Positions 37,680 to 47,618 of a DNA stretch of 64,000 bases are shown here, in pieces. The first letter of the stretch is position 1. Each line of letters starts with the position of its first letter. The stretch comes from Proteiniphilum sp. (GTDB lineage Bacteria; Bacteroidota; Bacteroidia; Bacteroidales; Dysgonomonadaceae), in assembly GCA_018433945.1 (NCBI GenBank), contig JAHDQF010000013.1, positions 9,672 through 73,671 on the forward strand, read 5' to 3'. The notes under the pieces are model-generated. The model searched no databases. It was not told the DNA's origin and saw only the letters and a list, made by a program, of their open reading frames with translations. The position numbers and the translations under genes are program-made.

Positions 37680-37934
37680 ATGGAAAATTTGAATGAGGCT
37701 TTGGGGCTTTTGGCAGTGGGAATGGTTACTGTGGTTATCATTCTCTGCCTTGTGGTTGTAACCGGTAACCTGGTGATAAACCTGACCAACCGGTTCATAC
37801 CGGGCAACAAAAGAACCGGGGAGAGCCATCCTTCAGGAAAGTTGGTCCCTACCAAAAAAGTGGCCGCCATAGCGGCTGTGGTGGATGTGATCACCCGCGG
37901 GAGCGGGAGGGTTGACTCCATTGAGAAGAGATGA
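37680..37934 (+). CDS. oadG: Na+-translocating decarboxylase gamma subunit (OadG family)
   Basis: I chose the ATG at 37680, giving MENLNEALGLLAVGMVTVVIILCLVVV with a single TM. It lies directly upstream of the alpha and beta subunits. Confidence 0.7.
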   Translation: MENLNEALGLLAVGMVTVVIILCLVVVTGNLVINLTNRFIPGNKRTGESHPSGKLVPTKKVAAIAAVVDVITRGSGRVDSIEKR

Positions 37935-37961
37935 AACCAAAAACAAATCAAACAAATATTT

Positions 37962-39881
37962 ATGGCAAAAGAGATTAAATTTAGTCTCCTTTACAGAGAC
38001 ATGTGGCAGTCATCGGGGAAGTATGTCCCGACGGTGGAACAACTCACGGAAGTGGCTCCCGCGATCATTGAGATGGGTTGTTTCGCCCGTGTGGAGACCA
38101 ACGGTGGGGGATTCGAGCAGATCAACCTGCTGTTCGGCGAAAACCCAAACAAGTCGGTTCGCGACTGGACACAACCCTTTAACGAAGCAGGCATTCAAAC
38201 CCATATGCTGGAACGGGGACTGAACGGCATCCGGATGAGTCCGGTACCATCTGATGTGCGGCGCCTGATGTTCCAGGTCAAGAAGAAACAGGGCACCGAT
38301 ATTGCCCGGTCGTTTGATGGACTCAACGATCCGCGTAACCTGGAGCTCTCCATCCGTTATGCCAAAGAGGCCGGTATGATTTCTCAGGCGGCACTCAGCC
38401 TCACGGTCTCTCCGGTACATACGGTGGAGTATTACACCGCGTTGGCTGATACGCTGATTGAGATGGGTGCCGACGAGATCTGTATCAAGGATATGGCCGG
38501 TATCGGTCGCCCCGCCAGCATTGGCAAGATCATCAAACAGATCAAAACAGGCCATCCGCAGATTCCGGTACAGTATCACGGACACGCCGGCCCAGGCTTT
38601 CAGATGGCATCTATTTTGGAGGCGGCATATGCCGGAGCGGAATATATCGATGTGGCCATGGAACCGCTCTCCTGGGGTACGGGTCATGCCGACCTGCTGG
38701 CGGTGCAGGCGATGCTGAAGGATGCCGGCTTCAAAGTACCGGAGGTCAACATGAAAGCCTATATGAAAGTGCGGTCGCTGACACAGAAATATATCGACGA
38801 TTTCCTGGGCTACTACATCGACCCAAAGAACAGGATGATGAATTCGCTGCTGATTGGTCCGGGTTTGCCCGGAGGGATGATGGGTAGCCTGATGGCCGAC
38901 CTGGAAAATAACCTGGCCTCTCTGAACCGCTGGAAGGTGAAGAATGGACAGCCGGAGCTGACGCAGGATGACCTGCTGATCAAGTTGTTCGACGAGGTGA
39001 CATATGTATGGCCCAAGGTGGGTTATCCTCCACTGGTAACACCTTACAGTCAGTATGTGAAGAACCTGGCACTGATGAATGTGCTGCAACTGGAGAAAGG
39101 CAAGGAGCGCTGGTCGATGATTGCCGACAACATCTGGGACATGATCCTGGGCAAGTCGGGCAAGCTGCCCGGTGAGCCGGCGCCCGAGATTGTGGCGATG
39201 GCGGAGGAGCAGGGACGGGCGTTTTACAACGGCAACCCGCAGGATCTCTATCCCGATGCGCTGGATACGTTCCGTGCCGAGATGAAACAGCACAACTGGG
39301 AGCTGGGTCAGGATGAGGAGGAGCTGTTCGAACTGGCGATGCACCCCGCGCAGTACCGTGCCTATAAGTCGGGTGAAGCCAAGAAAGCCTTTGAGGCCGA
39401 CCTGGCGAAGCGAAAGGCTGAGGCAAAAGCTCCCGCAGCAACAACCGTGGTAACTGCTACACCTGCTGCTCCCGCCACACCCGCCGCAGAGGGTCACCCG
39501 TTTATGCCGAAGCAGCTGGTGGTGAAAGTGGACAACGAGGAGTTTGCGGTCAGCATCTCCTACCCGGGAAGTGATCATGGCGTGGCACAGTCTCCGTTGA
39601 AAGAATCTGCTTCTGTGGCACCTGTGGCGGCTGCCCAAGTAGCGGGTGCCATGAAAGAGGTACACTCTCCGCTGGAAGGGAAGTTCTTCCTGACCAAGGA
39701 GTCGTCGGAGAGCCCGCTGAAGGTGGGCGACACGGTGAAGGAGGGTGACCTGATCGGCTACATCGAGTCGATGAAAACCTACAATGCCGTCACGGCCGAA
39801 GTGAGCGGCAAGGTGGTTGAGATCTGCTTTGAGAACGGGGCCTCAGTCGATGAGGATGACATACTGGTTAAACTGCAATAG
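37962..39881 (+). CDS. oadA: Oxaloacetate decarboxylase alpha subunit-like carboxyltransferase with C-terminal biotinyl domain
   Basis: 639-aa ORF with the carboxyltransferase motifs IKDMAG and YHGHAGPG, an Ala/Pro linker, and a biotin attachment site ESMKT near the C-terminus. Confidence 0.85.
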   Translation: MAKEIKFSLLYRDMWQSSGKYVPTVEQLTEVAPAIIEMGCFARVETNGGGFEQINLLFGENPNKSVRDWTQPFNEAGIQTHMLERGLNGIRMSPVPSDVRRLMFQVKKKQGTDIARSFDGLNDPRNLELSIRYAKEAGMISQAALSLTVSPVHTVEYYTALADTLIEMGADEICIKDMAGIGRPASIGKIIKQIKTGHPQIPVQYHGHAGPGFQMASILEAAYAGAEYIDVAMEPLSWGTGHADLLAVQAMLKDAGFKVPEVNMKAYMKVRSLTQKYIDDFLGYYIDPKNRMMNSLLIGPGLPGGMMGSLMADLENNLASLNRWKVKNGQPELTQDDLLIKLFDEVTYVWPKVGYPPLVTPYSQYVKNLALMNVLQLEKGKERWSMIADNIWDMILGKSGKLPGEPAPEIVAMAEEQGRAFYNGNPQDLYPDALDTFRAEMKQHNWELGQDEEELFELAMHPAQYRAYKSGEAKKAFEADLAKRKAEAKAPAATTVVTATPAAPATPAAEGHPFMPKQLVVKVDNEEFAVSISYPGSDHGVAQSPLKESASVAPVAAAQVAGAMKEVHSPLEGKFFLTKESSESPLKVGDTVKEGDLIGYIESMKTYNAVTAEVSGKVVEICFENGASVDEDDILVKLQ

Positions 39882-39883
39882 GC

Positions 39884-41095
39884 ATGGGTGATATCTTTTC
39901 CAATATCGCGGAGATGACCGGGTTCAGCACCATGGGCTGGGAGACCATCCTGATGTGGCTGATCGCCTTTGTGCTGCTCTACCTGGGTATCAAGAAACAG
40001 TATGAACCGTTGCTGCTGGTGCCTATCGGATTTGGTGTGTTGCTGGCCAACCTGCCGGGGGCAGGACTGGGCATCGTTGATTCATCACTGGTACACAACG
40101 CCGATGGCAGCTACATGAGCCTGCTCGATATTGCCGACAAGCACGGCATCATGAATTTTCTCTATTTCGCCCTGATCAAGACCGGCATCCTGCCACCTAT
40201 CATCTTCATGGGTGTGGGGGTGCTGACCGATTTCGGTCCCATGTTGCGCAATCTGAAGCTCTCCCTTTTCGGTGGAGCAGCGCAGCTGGGCATCTTCTCG
40301 GTGCTTCTCGGTGCGGTGCTGTTGGGCTTCACCTTGCCGGAGGCTGCCTCGCTCGGCATCATTGGCGGGGCAGATGGCCCCACCGCCATCTATACCACCA
40401 TCAAGCTGGCGCCGCACCTGCTGGGGCCGATTGCCATTGCCGCCTACTCCTACATGGCGCTGGTGCCGGTGATCATTCCTTTTATCGCGAAGTTGCTGAT
40501 GACAGAGAAGGAGTTCAAGATCCACATGAAGAAGATGGACAAGCAGTATCCGCCGAAACATGAGATCAAGCACCTGAAAACGGTGAAGATCATCTTCCCC
40601 ATCGTGTTGGGGGTGATTGTATCGGTATTGGTACCCTCGTCGGCACCGCTGCTGGGGATGTTGCTCTTCGGCAACCTGGTGAAGGAGATCGGCTCCAGCA
40701 CCAGTCGTCTGGCCGATGCTGCTTCCGGTCCCATCATGAATACCGCCACCATTTTCCTGGGTCTCACCGTAGGTGCTACCATGAGGTCGGATGTCTTCCT
40801 CTCGGCCCAGACGCTGGGCATCATTGTAGGGGGGCTGCTCGCCTTTGGGGTCTCGGTGGCCGGAGGAATCCTGGCGGTGAAAGCCTATAACCTCTTCTCG
40901 AAGAAGAAGAAGATCAACCCGTTGGTGGGCGCTACGGGGCTGAGTGCGGTGCCCATGGCCTCGCGCGTGGCCAACGACATGGCATTGAAGTATGACAAGT
41001 CGAACCACATCCTGCAGTACTGCATGGCCAGCAACGTCTCCGGCGTGATCGGGTCGGCGGTGGCTGCCGGTGTGCTAATCTCCTTCCTGGGGTAG
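39884..41095 (+). CDS. oadB: Sodium ion-translocating decarboxylase beta subunit
   Basis: 403-aa polytopic membrane protein of the OadB/GcdB family (IGGADGPTAIY, ASNVSGVIGSA). Confidence 0.88.
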   Translation: MGDIFSNIAEMTGFSTMGWETILMWLIAFVLLYLGIKKQYEPLLLVPIGFGVLLANLPGAGLGIVDSSLVHNADGSYMSLLDIADKHGIMNFLYFALIKTGILPPIIFMGVGVLTDFGPMLRNLKLSLFGGAAQLGIFSVLLGAVLLGFTLPEAASLGIIGGADGPTAIYTTIKLAPHLLGPIAIAAYSYMALVPVIIPFIAKLLMTEKEFKIHMKKMDKQYPPKHEIKHLKTVKIIFPIVLGVIVSVLVPSSAPLLGMLLFGNLVKEIGSSTSRLADAASGPIMNTATIFLGLTVGATMRSDVFLSAQTLGIIVGGLLAFGVSVAGGILAVKAYNLFSKKKKINPLVGATGLSAVPMASRVANDMALKYDKSNHILQYCMASNVSGVIGSAVAAGVLISFLG

Positions 41096-41123
41096 GAGAG
41101 GCCCCGGTTTCTGAAAATAATGA

Positions 41124-41156
41124 AGGTGTGCGGTTGGTTTTTTCAGCCGCACACCT
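41124..41156. terminator. Bidirectional rho-independent terminator between oadB and pnp
   Basis: A perfect 10-bp stem pairs aggtgtgcgg with ccgcacacct around a 13-nt loop. T-rich sequence follows on both strands. Confidence 0.7.
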
Positions 41157-41205
41157 CTTTTATTTCAGCCGCGGATGATATGCCCGTGGCCAACTTTTCT
41201 GATTG

Positions 41206-43338
41206 TTATCGCTCGCTTCTTTCAGGGCGCGGCAGGAGCACCTTGCGGGAGAGCTTGAACTTACCGGTGCGGGGATCGATGTCGATCAGCTTCACACGGA
41301 TCTTGTCACCCTCCTTGATGCCTGCATCTTCCACCTTCTCGAGTCGTTTCCAGTCGATTTCGGAGATGTGGAGCAGTCCGTCCTTGCCCGGGAGGAATTC
41401 GCAGAAGGCACCGTAAGGCATCACCGAGCGAACGGTGGCTTCATACACTTCTCCTATCTCGGGAACAGCAACGATGCCTTTGATCTTGGCCATGGCGGCA
41501 TCGATGGAGTTCTTGTTGGTGGCAGAGATCTCTACGCGGCCAATGTTGTTGATCTCCTCGATGGTGATGATGGCACCGGTCTCTTCCTGGATGCCCTGGA
41601 TGATCTTTCCACCCGGGCCAATCACGGCGCCGATAAAATCTTTCGGTATCTCGATCACCTCTATGCGCGGTGCGTGCGGCTTCAGGTCGGTGCGTGGTTC
41701 GGAGATGGTCTCCATCATCTTGCCCATGATGTGCTCACGGCCGGCTTTGGCCTGTGCCAGCGCCTTCTCGAGGATCTCGTAGGAGAGCCCGTCCACCTTG
41801 ATGTCCATCTGTGTGGCCGTGATCCCGTCTCTGGTACCGCACACCTTGAAATCCATATCGCCCAGGTGATCTTCGTCGCCCAGGATATCGGAAAGGACGG
41901 CAAAATTCTGTCCCTTGTTTTCGGAGATCAGTCCCATGGCGATGCCGCTCACCGGTTTCTTCAGTGTGACGCCGGCGTCCATCAAGGCGAGTGTGCCCGC
42001 GCAGACGGTAGCCATGGAGGAGGATCCGTTCGATTCCAGGATGTCGGAAACCACGCGGATCACGTAGGGATAGCCCTCCGGGATCATCCGTTTCAGGGCG
42101 CGGTGTGCCAGGTTCCCGTGGCCGATCTCACGACGGCCGGTACCGCGTTGCGGCCGGGCCTCGCCGGTGGAGAAGGGTGGGAAGTTGTAATGCAGCAGGA
42201 AGCGGTCGGTACCGTGTACCAGCGCGTCGTCGATGATCTTCTCATCGAGCTTGGTGCCGAGGGTCACCGTGGTGAGCGATTGTGTCTCGCCGCGGGTAAA
42301 GAGCGCCGATCCGTGGGGACCCGGTACGAAGTCCACCTCGCTCCAGATGGGGCGTATCTCGGTGGTCTTGCGGCCGTCGAGGCGTTTGCCTTCGTCGAGG
42401 ATGGAGCGGCGCATCGCCTCTTTCTCCACATCGTGGTAATATTTAGCGGCCAGTGCGGCTTTCTCTTCACGCTCCTCTTCGGGGAGTGATTCAATGAAGC
42501 TGTTCAGCACCGCCTCGAAAGCTTCCATCCGCTGGTGCTTGTCAGGGTTTTGCGAGGAAGCCACTGCGTAGGCAGGTGCGTAGCACTTGTCCCACACCAG
42601 CTTGCGTAGCTCTTCGTCGTTCTCTTCGTGGCAATAGGCACGTTTTTCGGTTTTGCCGACCAGCTCAGTGAGCTCCATCTGTGCGCGGCAATGATTCTTG
42701 ATCTCCTCGTGAGCGAACTTGATGGCGTCGAGCATCTCTGTTTCCGATACCTCGTTCATCTCGCCCTCCACCATCATGATGTTGTCGAGGGTGGCACCTA
42801 CCATGATGTCGATGTCGGCCTGGGCCAGCTGCTGGAAGGTGGGGTTGATGACAAATTGGCCGTTGATGCGTGCTACGCGTACTTCGGAGATGGGACCGTT
42901 GAAGGGGATGTCTGAAACGGCCAGTGCTGCCGATGCGGCGAGGCCGGCCAGCGCGTCGGGCATGTTCTCGCTGTCGGCCGAGAAAAGGATCACGTTCACG
43001 AATACTTCGGCGTGGTAATCATCCGGGAAGAGGGGTCTCAGTGCACGGTCGATGAGCCGACTGGTCAATATCTCAGAGTCGGATGGTCTTCCTTCTCTTT
43101 TCAGGAAGCCTCCGGGGAAGCGTCCTGCGGAGGCAAATTTCTCGCGGTATTCAACCGACAGCGGCATGAAGTCGGTTCCCGGGGTGGCATCTTTGGCTGC
43201 GCAAACGGTGGCCAGCAGCATCGTGTTGCCCATACGAAGGGTCACGGAGCCGTCGGCCTGTTTTGCCAGTTTCCCCGTTTCCAGCGTAATCGTGCGTCCG
43301 TCTGACAACTCGATACGCTTAACTATTGGATTTGTCAT
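41206..43338 (-). CDS. pnp: Polyribonucleotide nucleotidyltransferase (PNPase)
   Basis: I chose the ATG at 43338 ([31 protein letters not shown]). Two RNase PH domains are followed by KH and S1 domains. Confidence 0.93.
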   Translation of the reverse strand: MTNPIVKRIELSDGRTITLETGKLAKQADGSVTLRMGNTMLLATVCAAKDATPGTDFMPLSVEYREKFASAGRFPGGFLKREGRPSDSEILTSRLIDRALRPLFPDDYHAEVFVNVILFSADSENMPDALAGLAASAALAVSDIPFNGPISEVRVARINGQFVINPTFQQLAQADIDIMVGATLDNIMMVEGEMNEVSETEMLDAIKFAHEEIKNHCRAQMELTELVGKTEKRAYCHEENDEELRKLVWDKCYAPAYAVASSQNPDKHQRMEAFEAVLNSFIESLPEEEREEKAALAAKYYHDVEKEAMRRSILDEGKRLDGRKTTEIRPIWSEVDFVPGPHGSALFTRGETQSLTTVTLGTKLDEKIIDDALVHGTDRFLLHYNFPPFSTGEARPQRGTGRREIGHGNLAHRALKRMIPEGYPYVIRVVSDILESNGSSSMATVCAGTLALMDAGVTLKKPVSGIAMGLISENKGQNFAVLSDILGDEDHLGDMDFKVCGTRDGITATQMDIKVDGLSYEILEKALAQAKAGREHIMGKMMETISEPRTDLKPHAPRIEVIEIPKDFIGAVIGPGGKIIQGIQEETGAIITIEEINNIGRVEISATNKNSIDAAMAKIKGIVAVPEIGEVYEATVRSVMPYGAFCEFLPGKDGLLHISEIDWKRLEKVEDAGIKEGDKIRVKLIDIDPRTGKFKLSRKVLLPRPERSER

Positions 43339-43374
43339 AAATAAAAGTTGTTTTTCTATACATATAAAATTCCC

Positions 43375-43382
43375 CAAAGTTA
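43375..43382 (-). promoter_or_regulatory. Bacteroidetes -7 box (TAACTTTG) for pnp
   Basis: TAnnTTTG match on the minus strand, about 37 nt upstream of the pnp start. Confidence 0.45.
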
Positions 43383-43471
43383 CACAAAGTTTTGGTTTCC
43401 GGATGCATTGGTAGGGATAAATTATTGAGACGGGCAGGTTTGATGCCATTACATGATGGTTTGCAATGAAA

Positions 43472-43504
43472 TAAAAAAAGGAGGAAACCTCTTTGTTTCC
43501 TCCT
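43472..43504 (-). terminator. Rho-independent terminator of the large lipoprotein gene
   Basis: A perfect 10-bp stem pairs aggaggaaac with gtttcctcct around a 6-nt loop. A run of seven U plus one A follows on the minus-strand transcript. Confidence 0.75.
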
Positions 43505-43529
43505 TCTTAAAAAGATTATCGTTAAACGC

Positions 43530-46500
43530 TTAGCGTTTTGTCACTGTCATCGGCAGACGAATTTCCACGTCGTTGTTGTACATGTCTTTGGCAGTCAGTA
43601 CAAGTGTCGAGGCTACGTCAGCTGTCGGGTTGGTGGAACCTGATTTCTGAGTCAGCGTAAATGTGGTTGCACCTGCTAACGGATCGGGAGTTACAACGAA
43701 GTACTCATCCAGACCATTGGCATTACTTACCAACTTAGCAGAAATAACCTGCAAGCTGTTCAGATAAGGAGCGTCTAATTTGGCATTGTACTTGGCATCA
43801 CGGGTGCTTACACCTTGGATGTGTGCCAGGTCGAACGACTTGGTGTCTCCATATTCGATCGAAGTGCTGTAAGGCAGCGGATCACTTGCTGCGAGACCAA
43901 GGTCTGCACGGGTAGCCCAATGCCATGAGTAGGTGTGGTTGTAGATATTGCTGAATACGGTCGGGAAGCTTTCGATGGTTACACGATAAGGTGTAGTCGG
44001 AGTAGCTGTAGAAATCAGACCATAGTTGTAAGCAACAGTTGTCGCATGTTGAGTGATGTTATCAACAAACGTTTTAGCTACAGCCAGCGTACCATTGCCA
44101 GTTACAGTTACAGGTACCAGGTTGCTACCGGAAACAGAAGATGCTGCAAAGGTGGTCTGGTAGTTGATGAGAAGACCTGAACCAAAGTTGAATACCTGAT
44201 CCAGCGGCATGGTTCCCTGGGTAGCAGTCGGTGCTGTCCAGTTGTCAGGTACAAGATAGCTGTAGTATACGCCATCATTAGCAATCTGGTTGGTCTTCAC
44301 TGAGAATCCAGCAGGTGCACCGGTCGGCAGTACCTTCTTGAAGCTTACATTGAATGTCCGAAGAACATTACCGCTAGCATTATTGATTGTCAGCGTTCCG
44401 TTGTAAATCTTGTTGTCGGTGTACTGCAGCCAGTTGTTAACCGTAGCAACAGTGTAAACCTTTTTCACGTTGGCAAAGTTGGCAGTTACGACACCAGTTC
44501 CATCAGTGCCGAACAGAATGTTGTCGTTGGCATCAAGGAAGAATGTGTGGAATGCAGGAACAACATTGTTCTGAGCAGCATCAGTTGTCCAGTTGAAGCC
44601 TGCTGCACCAGATACTGCAGACAAGGTAACGTCAACTTTTGCTGACTGTGTGGCAGTCGGAACAAGTTCGTTGGGGTTCTGAGCGGTAACAACTGTGTTG
44701 ACAGCATTCCAGGAAGAAGACTGTGCACCTACGGTTACATAGAACGATTTGCCATCGGGGTCAACCAAAGTACCATCCTGGTTAACCACTACTACCCGGA
44801 AACCGATAAAGTCACCAATAGCAGAAGAAGAATTGATCTTCAGTTCAGCTACATCGTCAGCCATGTAGACCTTGTTCAGACCATCGATGCTATATGCAGA
44901 CCAAGCATTCCATTCTGATGGCGCACTTTCAAGTGCATATTTTTCATCGAGCACCACATAGTAAGCATATACCTTGTCAGCAATGGTTGCATCCAGTTTT
45001 ACGCTGAATGTTTTACCTACTTCAACAGGGTAGAAAGGTAAGCCCACTCTGTTGTCAGCAGGGTCATTCACTGTTGTAGGAGTAGCAGTAGTGTTCCAAA
45101 CCCCTGTATTCCACATTTGATCAACAGGAACAGTTATGCCATTTTCGCTGGTGGCATAGCGATTCTTGATGCTTTTGTAGGAGGTGAAGGTGTTACCGGT
45201 ACCTACCGAGAATTCCAAGTTGTTCAGATCAGCATTGTTGTAAATTGGAACTTTGGGCGTTGCATTAATTTCAACTCCAAAATCCGAAACAATATAACGA
45301 TCGGCAGGATCCTCAGATGTATCGATGCTGTTATCAATTGCAAGGGCAAAGAGATATGGTCCAGCAGTTCCAGTAACACTACCGGTAGCATCTTCAACTA
45401 ATGTGCTCAGACTTGTGATATTGGCATCAGAAGGCATCTGGAAAGTCAGTGTCCAGAGACCGGTTACTGATGGTCCGCTAGCACGCAGTTTAGTAGAACG
45501 CTCAGCCTTTACAACTTGCAAGATGTCATTTATGGCATTGTTGCCGTCACGTCTGACCAGGGTGATTTTGTCCAGCATTTTGCTCAGATCAGCCGTTGCT
45601 GGGCTTACCTTTACCTCAAGCGTTGCTTCTGCATTCTGCAGACGTTGTCCACTCACGAAGGTGATGGCACCGGGGAAACCCTGACCGAAGACAGTGCTAA
45701 CCCTTGCAGGAGCTGTAGAGAAATCGAGTAAACGACCTCTTTGATTCCAGTCATCATACTGATAATCGAAGGAGATACCGGTGATCATGCTGTTAGCATT
45801 GAGTGTAACAGATGCCATATCCACACCGAGCAGTTCTGCAAGGTCATCAATTCGTGCATTGACAGCTTCAATTTCGGTATCAATGTCATCCAATCTGGCA
45901 ACTGCAGCATCCATCGCTTCGTTGAATGCAGTTAAGTCTGCCTTGATGTCAGCGATTTCTACTTTCAAAGCAGAAATTTCAGCTGTGAGTTCATCGTACT
46001 TCAGTTGAAGATCAGCTTTCACAGCAGCGATTTCGGTAGCATTTGCTTCGATTTCAGCAAGTTGTTCGGAAAGGGCTGTTTCAACATCCGCAATTGCAGC
46101 TGAATTACCTTCAACGACAGTTTCGAGTGCTTCCAGGTTGGCGATAGCCAATGCAAGTTCTTCTCGTACTGAGGCAATTTCAGAATCGAACAGATTTCCC
46201 AAGGCAGTAACTTCTTCCTTTGTAGCGGCCTTAGCAAGTTCAGCTTTGAGAGAAGCCAGTTCTGTATCTACCCATTCCTTGTATTCATTAAAGGTTTCAA
46301 TTTTAACAACGAGCTCCAGGACTTCTTCCTTGGCAGCTTCCAGCATCTCTTTCGTTACAGAATTGGTCTGCAAAGCAGTTACGACAGCTTTGAGTTCTGT
46401 AATTTTAGCTTCCAATGCAGCAACTTCTTCTTTTGAAGCGAAGTTTTCCTTGGCCTCTACCAACTCTTGGGTAAGAGCTACAATCTCTGCCTGCAATTCT

Positions 46501-47045
46501 GAGAATTCAACCTTGAAAGCGGTAAGTTCTGCTTTTGCAGCAGTAAGTTCAGCCTGTAAAGCTTCTACTTCATCTTTAGTTGCTGCATTCTTCAGATCTT
46601 CTTCAATTGTTGCAACCTTTTGAGCAGCAGTAGCTGCGTTTGCTTGCACGTCGGCAATCTCTTCGTTCAAGTCAGTAATTTCAGCCTGTAGAGCCTCGAT
46701 CTGCTCTTTAGATACAGCGCTGTTTTTCAAAGTATTCAGCTCCTGTGTCAAAGTAGCAATTTGTGTCTGCAGGGCAGTAATCTGTTCCTTAGAGGCACTA
46801 CCTGACTCCAGAGCTGTCAGCTTTGTCTTTGCTGTATTCAACTCGTTTTGCAGAGCTGTGATCTGGCCGGTCAACTGAGTCTGCAATGCTGTCAGGTGAG
46901 ACTGTTCCAACTTACTGCTCTTCAATGCGGTGAGATCAGCGTCCAATCTGTCGATGTCATCATCATAGTCTTTACAGGATGTAACTGTCACAAATGCGCC
47001 AATTACTGCAAAGATAAATAACTTAAAAAATAACTTTTTTTTCAT
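43530..47045 (-). CDS. Large surface lipoprotein: ~400-aa alanine/glutamate-rich coiled coil followed by ~740-aa beta-rich region (function unknown)
   Basis: 1171-aa ORF. The signal peptide and lipobox are MKKKLFFKLFIFAVIGAFVTVTSC, followed by KDYDDD. Degenerate [ST]K[ED]E[VI]xAL[QE]A-type heptad modules run to about aa 430. There is no other Cys in the protein. GC is lower than in neighbouring genes. Confidence 0.8.
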   Translation of the reverse strand: MKKKLFFKLFIFAVIGAFVTVTSCKDYDDDIDRLDADLTALKSSKLEQSHLTALQTQLTGQITALQNELNTAKTKLTALESGSASKEQITALQTQIATLTQELNTLKNSAVSKEQIEALQAEITDLNEEIADVQANAATAAQKVATIEEDLKNAATKDEVEALQAELTAAKAELTAFKVEFSELQAEIVALTQELVEAKENFASKEEVAALEAKITELKAVVTALQTNSVTKEMLEAAKEEVLELVVKIETFNEYKEWVDTELASLKAELAKAATKEEVTALGNLFDSEIASVREELALAIANLEALETVVEGNSAAIADVETALSEQLAEIEANATEIAAVKADLQLKYDELTAEISALKVEIADIKADLTAFNEAMDAAVARLDDIDTEIEAVNARIDDLAELLGVDMASVTLNANSMITGISFDYQYDDWNQRGRLLDFSTAPARVSTVFGQGFPGAITFVSGQRLQNAEATLEVKVSPATADLSKMLDKITLVRRDGNNAINDILQVVKAERSTKLRASGPSVTGLWTLTFQMPSDANITSLSTLVEDATGSVTGTAGPYLFALAIDNSIDTSEDPADRYIVSDFGVEINATPKVPIYNNADLNNLEFSVGTGNTFTSYKSIKNRYATSENGITVPVDQMWNTGVWNTTATPTTVNDPADNRVGLPFYPVEVGKTFSVKLDATIADKVYAYYVVLDEKYALESAPSEWNAWSAYSIDGLNKVYMADDVAELKINSSSAIGDFIGFRVVVVNQDGTLVDPDGKSFYVTVGAQSSSWNAVNTVVTAQNPNELVPTATQSAKVDVTLSAVSGAAGFNWTTDAAQNNVVPAFHTFFLDANDNILFGTDGTGVVTANFANVKKVYTVATVNNWLQYTDNKIYNGTLTINNASGNVLRTFNVSFKKVLPTGAPAGFSVKTNQIANDGVYYSYLVPDNWTAPTATQGTMPLDQVFNFGSGLLINYQTTFAASSVSGSNLVPVTVTGNGTLAVAKTFVDNITQHATTVAYNYGLISTATPTTPYRVTIESFPTVFSNIYNHTYSWHWATRADLGLAASDPLPYSTSIEYGDTKSFDLAHIQGVSTRDAKYNAKLDAPYLNSLQVISAKLVSNANGLDEYFVVTPDPLAGATTFTLTQKSGSTNPTADVASTLVLTAKDMYNNDVEIRLPMTVTKR

Positions 47046-47240
47046 ACACTAAAATTGTAATAATAATAAATTAAGATATTGCACTTTTCTGTTCCCTATT
47101 TGGTTTTAAAGTTTTTTCGTTTGTTACTTAATAGACAATTCCGCAAGTGTCGGGCGGAGTTTGTTTACTGATTCTTTCCTGAATAAATTGAATGCTTTTT
47201 CAGATCCTCCTCCTTTCTTTCTTTATACGTGTTAACCACA

Positions 47241-47618
47241 CTATTCAGCTTTTTCGAAATGCATCTTATGTAATGTCTCTTTAAACTCAGGCGAGGGTGT
47301 GAACACTACTCGCATATTCTTGATGTGATTGGCAGTGAAGCTGCCCGGGTCATCCACCCCTTCGCTCGATAAAGAGAGACGCAGCGTGCCAAAATTGTTC
47401 AGATTCACGCTGTAGCCCTCTGTCAGGTATCGGGGAATCTCGTCCACCATATTCTCAATCACATTCATCACATCGCCCCGGGACACGGAGGATTTTCCTG
47501 CTATCCCTTTGCTCAGCTGGTAATTGTTGATGGTACCAGCTTTCACCGGGCTGGCATACCACTTGCGGGGGGTGCCAGGTTCGAGCGGATTGGCCTTTTG
47601 AATTAGTTTATACTTCAT
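47241..47618 (-). CDS. HU-like (Bacteroidetes histone-like) DNA-binding protein
   Basis: 125-aa ORF. SRGDVMNVIENMVDEIPRYLTEGYSVNLNNFGTLRLSL resembles the HU/IHF fold family common in Bacteroidales. Confidence 0.7.
   Translation of the reverse strand: MKYKLIQKANPLEPGTPRKWYASPVKAGTINNYQLSKGIAGKSSVSRGDVMNVIENMVDEIPRYLTEGYSVNLNNFGTLRLSLSSEGVDDPGSFTANHIKNMRVVFTPSPEFKETLHKMHFEKAE

Noticed and set aside
38010-39665. 551-aa ORF antisense to oadA (similar cases at 40085-41008 antisense to oadB, 41203-42489 antisense to pnp, and 58119-59099 antisense to lon)
   Set aside because: All are mirror-frame ORFs inside strongly motif-supported genes. Their translations are Arg/His/Leu-rich with no recognisable domains, so I treated them as artefacts of codon bias.
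43339-43449. N-terminal extensions in the ORF track (pnp 43339-43449; also 22457-22555 rnfE, 12031-12135, 50157-50204, 55433-55498 htpG, 59817-59921 lon, 60558-60749 hpt, 21176-21202, 49937-50023, 24082-24093)
   Set aside because: The extensions encode non-conserved, odd-composition peptides, or overlap the preceding gene or promoter box. Internal starts reproduce the N-termini typical of the respective families.
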